A DNA stretch of 64,000 nt from Lytechinus pictus (GCF_037042905.1 NC_087251.1:47244001-47308000); one strand, 5' to 3'. Shown: positions 26,156-37,336, numbered from the stretch's first letter. Numbers and translations are program-made. The notes: generated by a model from the sequence alone, not told the origin.

Positions 26156-26315
26156 NNNNNNNNNNNNNNNNNNNNNNNNNNNNNNNNNNNNNNNNNNNNN
26201 NNNNNNNNNNNNNNNNNNNNNNNNNNNNNNNNNNNNNNNNNNNNNNNNNNNNNNNNNNNNNNNNNNNNNNNNNNNNNNNNNNNNNNNNNNNNNNNNNNNN
26301 NNNNNNNNNNNNNNN
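26156..26315. other. Assembly gap (N run)
   Basis: 160 Ns. Confidence 1.
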
Positions 26316-26340
26316 TCTGGCAACTCTTTTATTTAAATAT

Positions 26341-26481
26341 TGTAAAGAAATGGATGAAGAGAACAATGGTAGGCGTAGCTTAAATCAAGGTTTCCCAGAG
26401 CTAAGGGTAGATTGATTTAAGGGATTTAAGGGAACCTTGATTTAAGCTACGCCTACCATTGTTCTCTTCATCCATTTCTTT

Positions 26482-26484
<3 letters not shown>
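26341..26484. mobile_element. 144-bp hairpin element with TGT...ACA ends and ATAT flanks (Ginger-like MITE)
   Basis: 52-bp perfect inverted repeat (26341-26392 vs 26433-26484), ATAT on both sides; followed by (AT)n. Confidence 0.6.
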
Positions 26485-26531
<47 letters not shown>

Positions 26532-26599
26532 ATGGTTGCTAGGTGTTGGAGAGTTACGCAACTCTACCTGGTGTAGGGGGATTTATTTTATAATTTGAC

Positions 26600-27690
26600 T
26601 GTCTTACACGCCCATACCCACACCCACATTCATTTTTACTCTCCCTATGTTTCCTGTTTTCAATAACTCACACATCCACACACACATTAGAGTCTCGGAC
26701 ACCCACACACATTATCTTGTTACTACTCACCCTGTCTCGTGTTTCCTTGAATCACACCCCTACACATACAATTTTCTTACCCCCCCCCCCCCATATCTCG
26801 TGTTTTCAGTTACCCTCACACCTATGCACACTATCTTGTTATTACCCCCCCCCCCCTGTCTCGTGTTCCCTTGGCTCACACACTCCACACATACAATTTT
26901 TTGTACTCCCCCTCCATGTCTCGTGTTCTCAATATATATGCGCACACCCACACGCACATTTCTTTTCATTACTCTCCCCTCCCGGCCTCGTCTTTCAATA
27001 ACTTAAAACCCACACGGACATTTTCTTGTATGTTACTCTCCTCCATGCCTCGTCTTTACCTAACTCACACAACCAAATAAACACCTGTCCTACTGTCCCC
27101 TCCTTGCCCCTGATTCACTATCTCACCCCCCACACACACACACATATTTTTTCTTTTCTCCACTCCATATATCGTGTTTCACTAACTTAAACACACACAC
27201 CCCAGGCCTGCCACACCCACCCACACACATATTTTTCTTACTCTCCCCTCTGATATATATTTTGTGTTTGATTAATCACTCGCCCCCACACACATCGCGT
27301 ATCACTAACTCTCCCACCCACACACATTTTTTCTCACTCTTCCCTCCAATATCGTGTTTTACTAACTTAAACACACACACCCACACACATCGCGTATCAC
27401 TAACTCTCCCACCCACACACATTTTTCTTACTCTCCCCTCAATATCTCTCCCACCTACCCACACACACACGTTCACACGTTTCTCTTACTTTCTCCTCCA
27501 TATCTCGTGTTTCACTAATTCACTCACCCACATACACATTTCTCTTACTCTTTCGTCAATGCCTCGTGATTTCACCAAACCATCCCATGCCATACTTGTG
27601 TTTCTTTGATTTCACTGACCGCGACATATACCCACACTCAGACACATTTCTCTTACTCTCTCTCTCTTCCCTTTCTCGTGTTTCACAATT
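26600..27690. repeat. Degenerate CA/CT-rich minisatellite (~60-70-bp unit)
   Basis: Recurrent unit CACACAC...TTTTCTTACTCTCCC...TCTCGTGTTTCACTAACT. Confidence 0.75.
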
Positions 27691-27772
27691 CCCCCCAAAA
27701 GTTCTACATTGCTCTATTGTAAGATATAGCCACAATTATCATTTGGGGGTTTCCCCTTGAGCATCACTAGCT

Positions 27773-28246
27773 AGTTTTCGCACTAACATGCAGAACGAAT
27801 TCAAGAAAACATTGAAAATACATTGAAATAAATGACAGCAGCTGGGAGGTCTTTGTCGAAAATTGGTGAAGAGAAACAGCAGTTTGTTTTAGTTTCGGAA
27901 CAGATGAAATATTGCAAATATGTCACTTGTCGAGAGTCCAAGCCGAAACTGCTGTTTTGATTCACCTATTTCTGACAAAGACTTCTTGGTAGCTCATTAT
28001 CATGACGTGCATTTGACAATACATTTTCTATGTTCTTGAAGGCGTTCTGCGTCCTGGTGGGTGTTTCATAAAGCTGTTCGTAAGATAAGAACGACTTTAA
28101 AAACGACTGGTGATCATTTCTTTTGATAAATGGTATACAACATAGGCGATGGTTTATCGCTTAGGAAAGGATCACCATGCAGTCGTTCTTAAAGTCGCTC
28201 TTAACTTACGAATAGCTTAATGAAACGGCCCCCTGGTGCGAAACTC
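27773..28246. mobile_element. Palindromic MITE (family C), interrupted by a nested Harbinger-like MITE
   Basis: Ends AGTTTTCGCAC ... GTGCGAAACT; internal inverted arms (GTCTTTGTC/GACAAAGAC, AACAGCAGTTT/AAACTGCTGTT); inverted homolog at ~47256-47725. Confidence 0.7.
28057..28232. mobile_element. Harbinger-like MITE with CTG TSD
   Basis: CTG|GTGGGTGTTTCATAAAGCTGTTCGTAAG ... CTTACGAATAGCTTAATGAAACGGCCCC|CTG. Confidence 0.8.
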
Positions 28247-28672
28247 AGTGGGTCTTTTGGTTTAAATGTTGTGAATTAAATGGGATAAGAGAATATTGGT
28301 TTGCGTAGCTTAAATGAAAGTTCCCCACAGCTATCTCTTTTAAAAGCTTTGGTGAGGCCTCTTTATCTTACACTCTCTCTTTCTTTCATGCTCTATTTAT
28401 GTCCCTGTATTCCTCTCTTTGCCACTTTTCTTATCTTCATGATAAGGTCATTCATGTTAGCGGATCTGGTGACATCGATTGCCACGAGTGATCATCACTT
28501 CATCTTATACCCCAAACAAAATGGCACTTTTCATTGGATCTTTGACCCTATACTTTAGCATCAATAAACAGAATAAAACAATATAGTCACTATGGGCCCC
28601 GCCTTTGAAATTTTTTTTTTCGTTTTTGTTTTTTGTTTTTTTAAAGATCATTGGCACAAAATCATCATCATG

Positions 28673-28844
28673 AAATGCTGCAGTCACATTTCGCCTACCG
28701 TGTCCACACAGTGAGTCGAAAACTGCCTTTTTAAGGATTTCTATACAAACTACACACATGAAGCTGGTACAAAAAATGTTTTTTTAAACAGCTATTTTCG
28801 ACTCACCGTACGGCCATCGTAGGCGGAATGTGACTCCGCCTTTA
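28673..28844. mobile_element. Small palindromic MITE
   Basis: Inverted arms GTCACATTTCGCCTAC / GTAGGCGGAATGTGAC and GTGAGTCGAAAA / TTTTCGACTCAC. Confidence 0.6.
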
Positions 28845-28974
28845 CTTTGCCACTATGGCAACTATACTATGGTAACATTAAACATGGCTTTGCATTCAAT
28901 CACAATAAAGGTTACCATGCCAGTTGTCATATTGGCCAAGTTGCAATAGTTTTAACTCTTTATGAAACGGGCCC
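28845..28974. mobile_element. Truncated copy of the Harbinger-like MITE at 47487-47644
   Basis: Ends CTTTATGAAACGGGCCC|CAG and has ACTTTGCCACTATGGCAACTATAC as in the 47.5-kb copy; left TIR missing. Confidence 0.65.
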
Positions 28975-30889
28975 CAGATTCTTAAATTTTATGCAACAGG
29001 CACACCAATGCTAACGATTCCAAACCGACCGATGGCCTGTCACTAGAAATAACGTAATAGATCGGTCTGTCTGGGGTTGGTTTCGGCGGCGAGACTGTTG
29101 CATTATGTTTGCACTTTTTCAACTGAACCGAAGGAAAAGTGAATGAAGAAGATATCACGATCTCCCGAGAGACATGGACTTTTTGAAGTATTCTACACTT
29201 TACTAATCTCCAATATCATTACTATATAAACAGGTATGACTCTCTTTTTGTAGTATTGTCTTCATTCTTAGGGCACTGTTCCCCTTTCGATGTTAAAATC
29301 AATACTGTTTTCTGAATCAATAAAGTATTATAACTGTTCTTATGTTATATGTAAGCACCTGTTGTTTTAATTTCCATGTTTAAACTGTTTTTTTTTTACA
29401 TGGAAGAGAAAAGAGATTCGGAATTAGGAAAACTGCCTGGATCAAATAAGGTACTTGCCAAAAAAGACAACGTTGTCGAACACCACATAACTTAAAAAAT
29501 AACACATGGACATTAAACCCGGTCATTTTCTCGACTTTATAGCTTAGCATGTACGCATCATATTAATTTAATTAATACAAACTGGAAATATATAGAAGGC
29601 AAGGCACGTTATTCTCAATACATGACATGTTTAAACGACTTCGCAGGGCTATATATCAACTTCAGGTTTGATAACAATATCATAGACGATTAGAAAATAA
29701 AAGAACTATTTGAAAACCTAATGGCATTTGTAACTTACAGCTTACAAATTGGTCCCAAACATATAATGCACCCAATGAACAGACACATAAGCTGAAAGTG
29801 GAATCTGTCAAAGACAACATTTTGTTATAAGGCTACACTATCATCAATTTTTTGGTGAGTACAGTTCGATGATCATTTCTATAAGACGTCTAAAAACAAA
29901 GTATATATATATACTCTTCTATGATGTGTTTGATAGAGTGAAAATTTACTTACAAATAAAGATATACAGAATATAAATAAGAACAGCTGAAGACCGACAC
30001 GTCTTCAGCTAAGATGTCACCAAACAAATGTTTTAACATGCATTCATAAACATATATTTACATAAAACATAAATCCCCATCTGACATGAAAGTGCAATCA
30101 AGACAAATATTCAAAGTTTATTTTTTATTTACATCGGTAGCAAAGAAATTTAGTTTTCTCATGGAAAATGGTAAAGAATAACGAGATGATGTAAGCTTTG
30201 CGTAATCAATTATTGCACTTACTGTTTACAAGAAATAAATCATATATCATTACTGTTACGAGTACAATACTTAGGATTATAGGTTTGGAAGAAAGAGGAA
30301 CCGCTGGTGGTAAGGGTATCTTACTAAGTATAGTAATTGCGATTTTGACCGGGGTTAAATCACCACCTGCCTTTAGAATGGGAGTTGGAGTTTGTACAGG
30401 TGCACAAACAGAACTTTGCAAGAATTGATGGTAGAGGTTTCAATTTCAAAGAATTTGTATTTACCCATTGTAAGGTTAAGGTATTAACTTCATGTAGTAA
30501 CAAGATATGTGCAGTGTTCGGATCAATTTCTTTTTAATTTTTGAAAATACGATATTAAACAATATCAAAGTGCATGTATACATGTATAACCTGATTATCC
30601 AATCGTAGAAAGAAACTTCATTTGTAAATACACTATAGATTCATTGATTCGTGTTTGTTATCGATGACGTTGAAGAGCTTCGAATAAGGAGATCATGTAC
30701 ATTAAGAATAAATGTGAATTTAAGACAAAAATGCTTCTTATTCAAAACAACTGGGGTCGAAAACAAATACTGAAAGATTAAATTTATTTACTGTGATAAC
30801 ACTATTCCATCTTTTATCTGATCTTATCATTTAGGCAAGCTGTGAGGGGAAGCAAACGATCACCCAAACTTCACCCGAGCAAGAACCTC

Positions 30890-31757
30890 CAGGGGCGGCG
30901 GAGCGAAGTTGAAAGTGGTGGGGGTGGGCACATGCAGGGGAAAAGGGGCACCTTTTCCTTCTAAAAGGACACTTAAAACAAAGAAAAAAATTACTTACCT
31001 ACAGTGGCGTAATGAGCCAACAATTTTGAGGGGGCTAGATATGTCGTATCACGTAAATTTATAAGTTGCGAGCTAAAATTTTGACATTTTTATTACGAAA
31101 CTCCAATATTGTGATAGATTTTGACAATTAACATTCAGAAAATAATATATTTCACCCTTCTCTCTTTCCTTTTCTCTTTTTTTTTCTTAGTCGAAAAAAA
31201 AAATTGGGGAGGGGGCAAGAGCCTCCCCAGCCCCCCCCCCCCCTATGTACGCCACTGCTAATCTACCCCACTCACATGACTCGTGACACTTAAATAAGGC
31301 ACGTAGGGTTTTCCTTACAAGTTTCTTACTTCATAAGTAACATATAAAAATTAGAACATTGTTTTCTTGTTTCAAAGGGGCACCCGTTTACACATAAAAT
31401 GGGTCCTTCTCAGGTGAAAATATGAGAAAGGGCACCCATAAGAAGGCAAATGGGCACTTGCAAACGGCATAAAACGGGTCCTTCTCGGGTGAAAGGGGAA
31501 GAAATTACGTTCGTGAAGGGCAATTTTCTTGGGTAAAAAAGGGCACTGATTCGAGAAAGTGCACTTACAAGAAGGCAAGGGGGCACTTCCTCACATAAAC
31601 CGGTCCTTCTCAGGTAAAAGGGGCACAGAACACATTCGTGAAGGGGTATTTTTTGGTAAAAATTGGCTTTGCGTGAAAAAAGGGCACTTCTTCAGTGCTT
31701 CAACATTTTTTTTTGGGGGGGGCACTGTGCCCCCCCCCCCCAGGATCGCCGCCCCTG
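30890..31757 (+). mobile_element. Composite non-autonomous hAT element (8-bp TSD), copy 1
   Basis: AGAACCTC|CAGGGGCGGCG ... CGCCGCCCCTG|AGAACCTC; homologous along its length to 50916-51637. Confidence 0.92.
31002..31257 (+). mobile_element. Nested hAT MITE inside the composite element
   Basis: CTTACCTA|CAGTGGCGTA ... TACGCCACTG|CTAATCTA (decayed 8-bp TSD). Confidence 0.8.
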
Positions 31758-31796
31758 AGAACCTCAGTGAATCAAATGAATAGCTTACAAGCTACA

Positions 31797-33230
31797 TTAT
31801 GCCGCGGATTTAAGTTCATCATATAACTTATAGTCAAGAAGTTCAAGGACATCTTTGCACTCTTTTTCAATTTGCCTTATTTCTAATTCAGAAAGATCAA
31901 CAATCCAACGCGAAGCTGTTTCGATGGAATTTTTTCGATTTGAAAAGACATCATCATCCCTATTAATGGCATTGGTGTTCGTCTTGATCCAATATTCAAG
32001 ATATTTCGGAAACGGTAAACCGATAAACTCATAGATCTCTTTTGAGATCTTGACAGGTTCCACTGCAAAGTCTTCATATTTGACGAGTTTGTAGTTTCCT
32101 TGCAACCATTTTGGCAAATGATTTCTCGAGGTCTTTGCATTTCTTTCAATCCATTTGCACATTTGACGAACAGTGGGGTTGTTTTCTCTCATCTCCTGAA
32201 TGTACATGAGCTCATCGGGGACTGTGTCCAGGAGACCAAGCGGTTTCAGTCTCCCAGTATTTTCTCTGAAATATTGCTGATGTGGTTGGTACCTCTTGGT
32301 GATGTAATGAACCCTAGATGCAGCTGCGCCTCGAGGATCCCGCACGAGATGGACGATCCTCAGGTCAATGTTGTCCATTTCAACGAGAGGTCTTAAATCC
32401 TCGAGATCAACACGAATGATTTTTGTTGCTATGTGTTCTCTGGAAGTCTTGCAGAAGTTTTCAAACCACTGTTCACCGGATAACAGACACCCTGGACTAA
32501 GATTACATATGGCTCTATTCTGAAAAGGATGCCATTGGCTGTACGTCCAGACAAAGTCATCGTTGAACCTACAATGTGCTAATTCGCGAAGGATCTGACG
32601 GGAGACTTCCCTCGTGGTTGGCGATGCAGGCTGCCTCCATATGGCCTTTAATCTATTGAGAGTCCACATTGGTTCAAATAAATAGAATGCATCCACATTC
32701 TGATTGAAGAGCTCACCGACTATACTTGAACCAAACCGCCACTGGGCCAGAATGATAGTGAGTTTGGGAGATGTTATCGGTGGGAAGTTTCCAAACACAA
32801 ACCAAGGAAAATAAAAAGTGGTATTCTTTAGCACAACGGTCTCGTCAAGAGAATGCATATTGTGGACACCGTTGCAACTACACTCCATCTTATTACTAAA
32901 GCTGTGTGCTGTTATAAACAGGTCCTCACTAAATGGGTTATCAGGATATTCCTGAGTTTTTTCTCTTTCAAATACAGCAGACGATGACCGATTGCTTGTA
33001 AATGTTGTATGTGCCTCCACTGTCTCTTGTTTTTCTGAGCCCATGTTCCTGATAAATGATGCATTTAAAAGCCTGGGTGTGTATGTGCCGACTGATTTCT
33101 GATGACGGTGCTTAATGATGCTCAAATTATCGTGTTTATTGAACAATGTGCAGAGAACAATCATTTGGCTTAGTGTAAAGATTAGAACAAACAACATTGA
33201 ATATACCTGAACACACCGGCGAAACTCCAT
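31797..33230 (-). CDS. Carbohydrate sulfotransferase (Gal/GlcNAc-6-O-sulfotransferase, CHST1/3/4/5-like), type II Golgi membrane protein, 477 aa, paralog 1
   Basis: N-terminal TM segment. 5'-PSB-like LAQWRFGSSIVGELFNQN..AFYLFEP, 3'-PB HLVRDPRGAAASR, then YKLVKYEDFAVEP and C-terminal IEKEC..VLELLDY. ATG at 33230 aligns with the paralog's ATG (ORF-track start is an upstream TTG). Confidence 0.93.
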   Translation of the reverse strand: MEFRRCVQVYSMLFVLIFTLSQMIVLCTLFNKHDNLSIIKHRHQKSVGTYTPRLLNASFIRNMGSEKQETVEAHTTFTSNRSSSAVFEREKTQEYPDNPFSEDLFITAHSFSNKMECSCNGVHNMHSLDETVVLKNTTFYFPWFVFGNFPPITSPKLTIILAQWRFGSSIVGELFNQNVDAFYLFEPMWTLNRLKAIWRQPASPTTREVSRQILRELAHCRFNDDFVWTYSQWHPFQNRAICNLSPGCLLSGEQWFENFCKTSREHIATKIIRVDLEDLRPLVEMDNIDLRIVHLVRDPRGAAASRVHYITKRYQPHQQYFRENTGRLKPLGLLDTVPDELMYIQEMRENNPTVRQMCKWIERNAKTSRNHLPKWLQGNYKLVKYEDFAVEPVKISKEIYEFIGLPFPKYLEYWIKTNTNAINRDDDVFSNRKNSIETASRWIVDLSELEIRQIEKECKDVLELLDYKLYDELKSAA

Positions 33231-33395
33231 TTTGTTGGTATCCGAATGAATTATGCTACATGGAAAATCCCTTTTGAGCAAAATGGTACTCTACTCGAGA
33301 ACTAAGCAACAACGATGTATTACACAGTTGCGATTGTGTCATCGCTATGTCTAACGATTCGACTAGCGCCACAATTTTTTATCTTACATTCAATA
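33231..33395 (-). promoter_or_regulatory. Conserved 5' UTR/proximal upstream block shared with paralog (40090-40250)
   Basis: TATCCGAATGAATTATGCTACA, GTTGCGAT and CATCGCTA.GTCTAACGATT are shared between the two upstream regions. Confidence 0.55.
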
Positions 33396-33842
33396 TTTAT
33401 ATTTATTAAGTGACGAACAATCACCATTTAACGTTGAATGTCCACCCCAATGACTTCTTGAAAATAACAGATGGCAAAGGTGTTGAATTCAACCTATCGA
33501 TTTTGGAGTTAAAATTATTATCATGTAATACACAATGTGTGCAGTTTTAAGATCGAATTTCTCTTAAATTCTGAAAAATCGTGACGTAAAACAGTATGAA
33601 TAGTAATGACTCCCAACCGGGTTATGAACACTAGCATGGTTTTTATATCTGTAATTTGTGAAGATACGTATTTCCCTCTTGAATAGAAAGAATGGTGTTG
33701 CAATGATATCAGAATCACAGTTGATATTTGTAAGGGAGAAAGCACCAATATGCCCGATTGTAAAAATATAAGGCCCCCACCCCTTCTCGAAAAAATTGGT
33801 CAATACTGAAAATCTTTAAAAAACTAGATAGAAATTTGGTAG

Positions 33843-36800
33843 TAGACGGGTCACGAAACGACCAAAAATACCCTCACCCGGAAAAATTGCAACAAATGAT
33901 TTTTCATCGGCTTTTCACTGAAAATGGATACAATTGAATCATTATCCACCCTAGAATCCTATTTCGATTCATATTCCATGGTCTAGGGGGCAAAAAAATT
34001 GTTGATAAAGGCTAGAGTGAATTATAAGCCCTCCAGTGTACCTGGCAAATCCAAGATGGCGCCCAAAATGGCTGCCGTAGGCTGAAAATTCACAATTCAT
34101 CTAAGTGGCTTTACTTTGGTTTTTATTCAATGGTTTTAAGGGTGAAGTAGTAGATTGGAACAAGTTACAAGGACAGCCAGTGGTCTGGTGTGTCAAAAAA
34201 TCCAAGATGGTTTCCAAAAATGGAGTTTAAAATGGCTGTTGATAATTAGAATGGACATAGTTCATTTTATATCCCCCTGGGACATAATGATTTTGGTGTT
34301 TTGGTGTCTAGACAATGTTTTCAATGGTCAAATAAGACATTGGGACAAGTGACAAGGACAGTCAGTGGTCCAGTATGTTCAAAAATCCAAGATGGATTCC
34401 AAAAATGGAGTCTAACATTGTTGTTGCTACTTTAAAAAAACCCGACATAGTTGGATTCCAAACATTGATTCTGAAATGGCTGCTAATACTTAATGTGGAC
34501 ATAGCTCATTTCATTTTGGCCTGGGAGATGTGACTTTGATGTCTAAACCACTGGGTGCAATGGTCAAATAAAATACTAGGATAAGTCACAGGGACATTCA
34601 GTGGTCTGGTAGGTCCAAAAATCGAAGATGGCTTCCAAAAATGGATCTTCAAAATAGGCTTCTGATACTTAAAGCGGACATAACTCATTTCATATCGGCC
34701 TGGGAGATGTGATTTTAGTGTCTAAACCACTGGTTTCAAGGGTCAATTAATACATTAGGGCAAGTTACAAGGACAGTCAGTGGCCTGGTATTTAAAAAAA
34801 ATCTATGTTGGCTTCCAGAAATGATTCTAAATTGACTGCTGTAACTTAAAGAGGACACAGTTTATTTCATATCGGCCTGGTGGATGCGATTTGGGTGTCT
34901 AAACCACTGAATTTAAGGGTCAAAATCATACATTAGGACAAGTTTTAAGGACAGTCAGTGGTCTGTTATGACCAAAAATCCAATATGGCTTCCAAAAATT
35001 GATTCTAAAATGGCTGCTGATACTTAAAAGTGGCATAGCTCATTTTATATCCGCCTGTGAGACATGATTTCGGTGTCTAAAATATGGTTTCAAGGGTCAA
35101 ATGATATATAAGGACAAGTTACAATGACAGTCAGTGTTCTAGTATCTCAAAATTTCCAAGATGGCTTCCAAAAAAGGAATAAAAAATGTCCGATGTTACA
35201 TAATAAGGACATAGTTTGTTCAATATCTGTCTGATGAATATGAGTTTGGTGTCTAAGCCATGGTTTAAAGGGTCAAGTAATAGACAAGGGTAAGTTACAA
35301 GACCAGTCAGTTGTCTGTATGTTAAAAAATCCAAGGTGACTTTAAAATAATGGGGTGTAAATTGACTGTTGTTACTTAAAAGTATACATAGTTTATTAGA
35401 AATTCACCTTGGAGGTTTGGTGTATAAACTAGATTTTAAAGGGTCAAGTAATACATTGGGTTAAGTTACAAGACCAGTCAGTTGTCTGTATGTTAAAAAA
35501 TCCAAGGTGACTTTAAAATAATGGGGTGTAAATTGACTGTTGTTACTTAAAAGTTGTTACTTAAAAGTATACATAGTTTATTAGAAATTCACCTTGGAGG
35601 TTTGGTGTATAAACTAGATTTTAAAGGGTCAAGTAATACATTGGGTTAAGTTGAAAGGACAGTCAGGTGTCTGTATGTTAAAAAATCCAAGGTGACTTTA
35701 AAATAATGGGGTGTAAATTGACTGTTGTTACTTAAAAGTATACATAGTTTATTAGAAATTCACCTTGGAGGTTTGGTGTATAAACTAGATTTTAAAGGGT
35801 CAAGTAATACATTGGGTTAAGTTGAAAGGACAGTCAGGTGTTAGCTATGTCCAAAAATCTAAGATGGCTTTAAAAATTAGGATTTTAAATGACTGTTATT
35901 ACTTGGGGATATTATTTTGGTGTCTACACTAGGGTTTCAAGGGTCAAACAATACTTTGGGACTGGTTACCATGATATGCAGCTATCCATTTGCCTTAAAA
36001 TCCAGGTTGGCTTAAAAAAATGGGTTCCAAAGTGACTGCTGTCACTTAAAAATTGACATAGTTCAAACAATATCCACCTGTGAGAAAATAATCTTAGTGC
36101 CTACACTTAAATGCATGGGGATAAGTTATCATATTGTTTCATGAGTTGGTAACGAAACCCATTTTGATGAAATTTTAGAATCCACCATGGATTTTTTTGA
36201 CAAAATGTAATACTAACCATCCTTTTTACTTGTCCGAATATATTATTTGACCCTTCATTTCCACAATTTAGACACCAAAATTATTTCTTACAGATAGATA
36301 TTGTAGAACTCTGATCATTATTGAGTGATATGAGTCGTTTTAGATGCCTTTTTTGAAACCCCTATTTGATTTTTAGGAAAATTGGACAACTGCATATCAA
36401 TGTAACCAGTCCAAAAGTATTATTTTAACCATGAAATAGTGTGGACACCAAAATCACATTTCCTTGGCGGATTTTATTATGAACTATGTCCATTTTTTAA
36501 AGTAACAGCAGTAATTTTAGACTCCGATTTTTGGAAGCCATCTTGGATTTTTCAACATACTGGACCACTGAATGTCCTTGTTACTAATGTTCTGACTTTT
36601 AAAACCATGGTATAGACATCAAAATCATATGCCCTTGACGGATATTACATGAACTATGTCCATTTGTAAATACCAGCGGCTAATTTATACTATGTTTTAA
36701 GCCACCGTGGACTTTTGGACATACTTGGCCACCCATCGTCCTTGTAACTTGTCCTTATGTATTATTTGGCCATTGAAATCACGGTCTAGACACCAAAAAT

Positions 36801-37336
36801 CACATCTCCCAGGTGGATATGACATGAGCTATGGCCATTTTAAGTATTAACAACTATATATTAAACTCAATTTTTTGGAAACCATCTTGGATTTTTTGAC
36901 ACACCGGACCACTGGCTGTCCTTGTAACTTGTTCCAATGTACTACTTCACCCTTAAAACCATTGAATAAAAACAAAAGTAAAGCCACTTAGATGAATTGT
37001 GGATTTTCAGCCTACGGCAGCCATTTTGGGCGCCATCTTGGATTTTCCTGGTACCCTGGAGTGCTAAAATTTACTCTAACTTGTATCAATAAATTTGTTT
37101 ACCCACTGGACCGTGGAATATGAAACGAAGTAGGATTCTAGGGTGGATAATGAGTGAGTTATATCCATTTTCAGTGAATGGCGGCCATCTTGGACGCCAT
37201 CTTGAAATAACTACTTTCCCGTATGCGGATTTTGATAGATTTTTAGTATGTTAATCCTGAGGTCAAATACTGCCAAAACAGTTGAAAAATAATTTGTTGC
37301 AATTTGTTCCGGGTCAAACCATATATTGACCGTCTA
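33843..37336. mobile_element. 3.5-kb foldback non-autonomous DNA transposon, Academ-like (TAG...CTA ends, 3-bp TAG TSD)
   Basis: TAG|TAGACGG ... CCGTCTA|TAG. Several hundred bp of near-identical inverted arms (~33915-34230 vs ~36870-37178). Interior is ~170-185-bp tandem units, direct on the left and inverted on the right; no long ORF. Confidence 0.85.
34150..36110 (+). repeat. Tandem ~178-bp repeat array within the foldback element
   Basis: AAGTTACAAGGACAGTCAGT motif at ~34161, 34346, 34582, 34761, 34939, 35115, 35291, 35462, 35648 and 35819; the three units at 35291-35818 are near-identical. Confidence 0.88.

Noticed and set aside
30198-30428. Short hydrophobic ORFs (possible mitochondrial insertion or membrane peptide)
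   Set aside because: No recognisable motif on either strand and non-ATG starts; may be a decayed retroelement 3' end.
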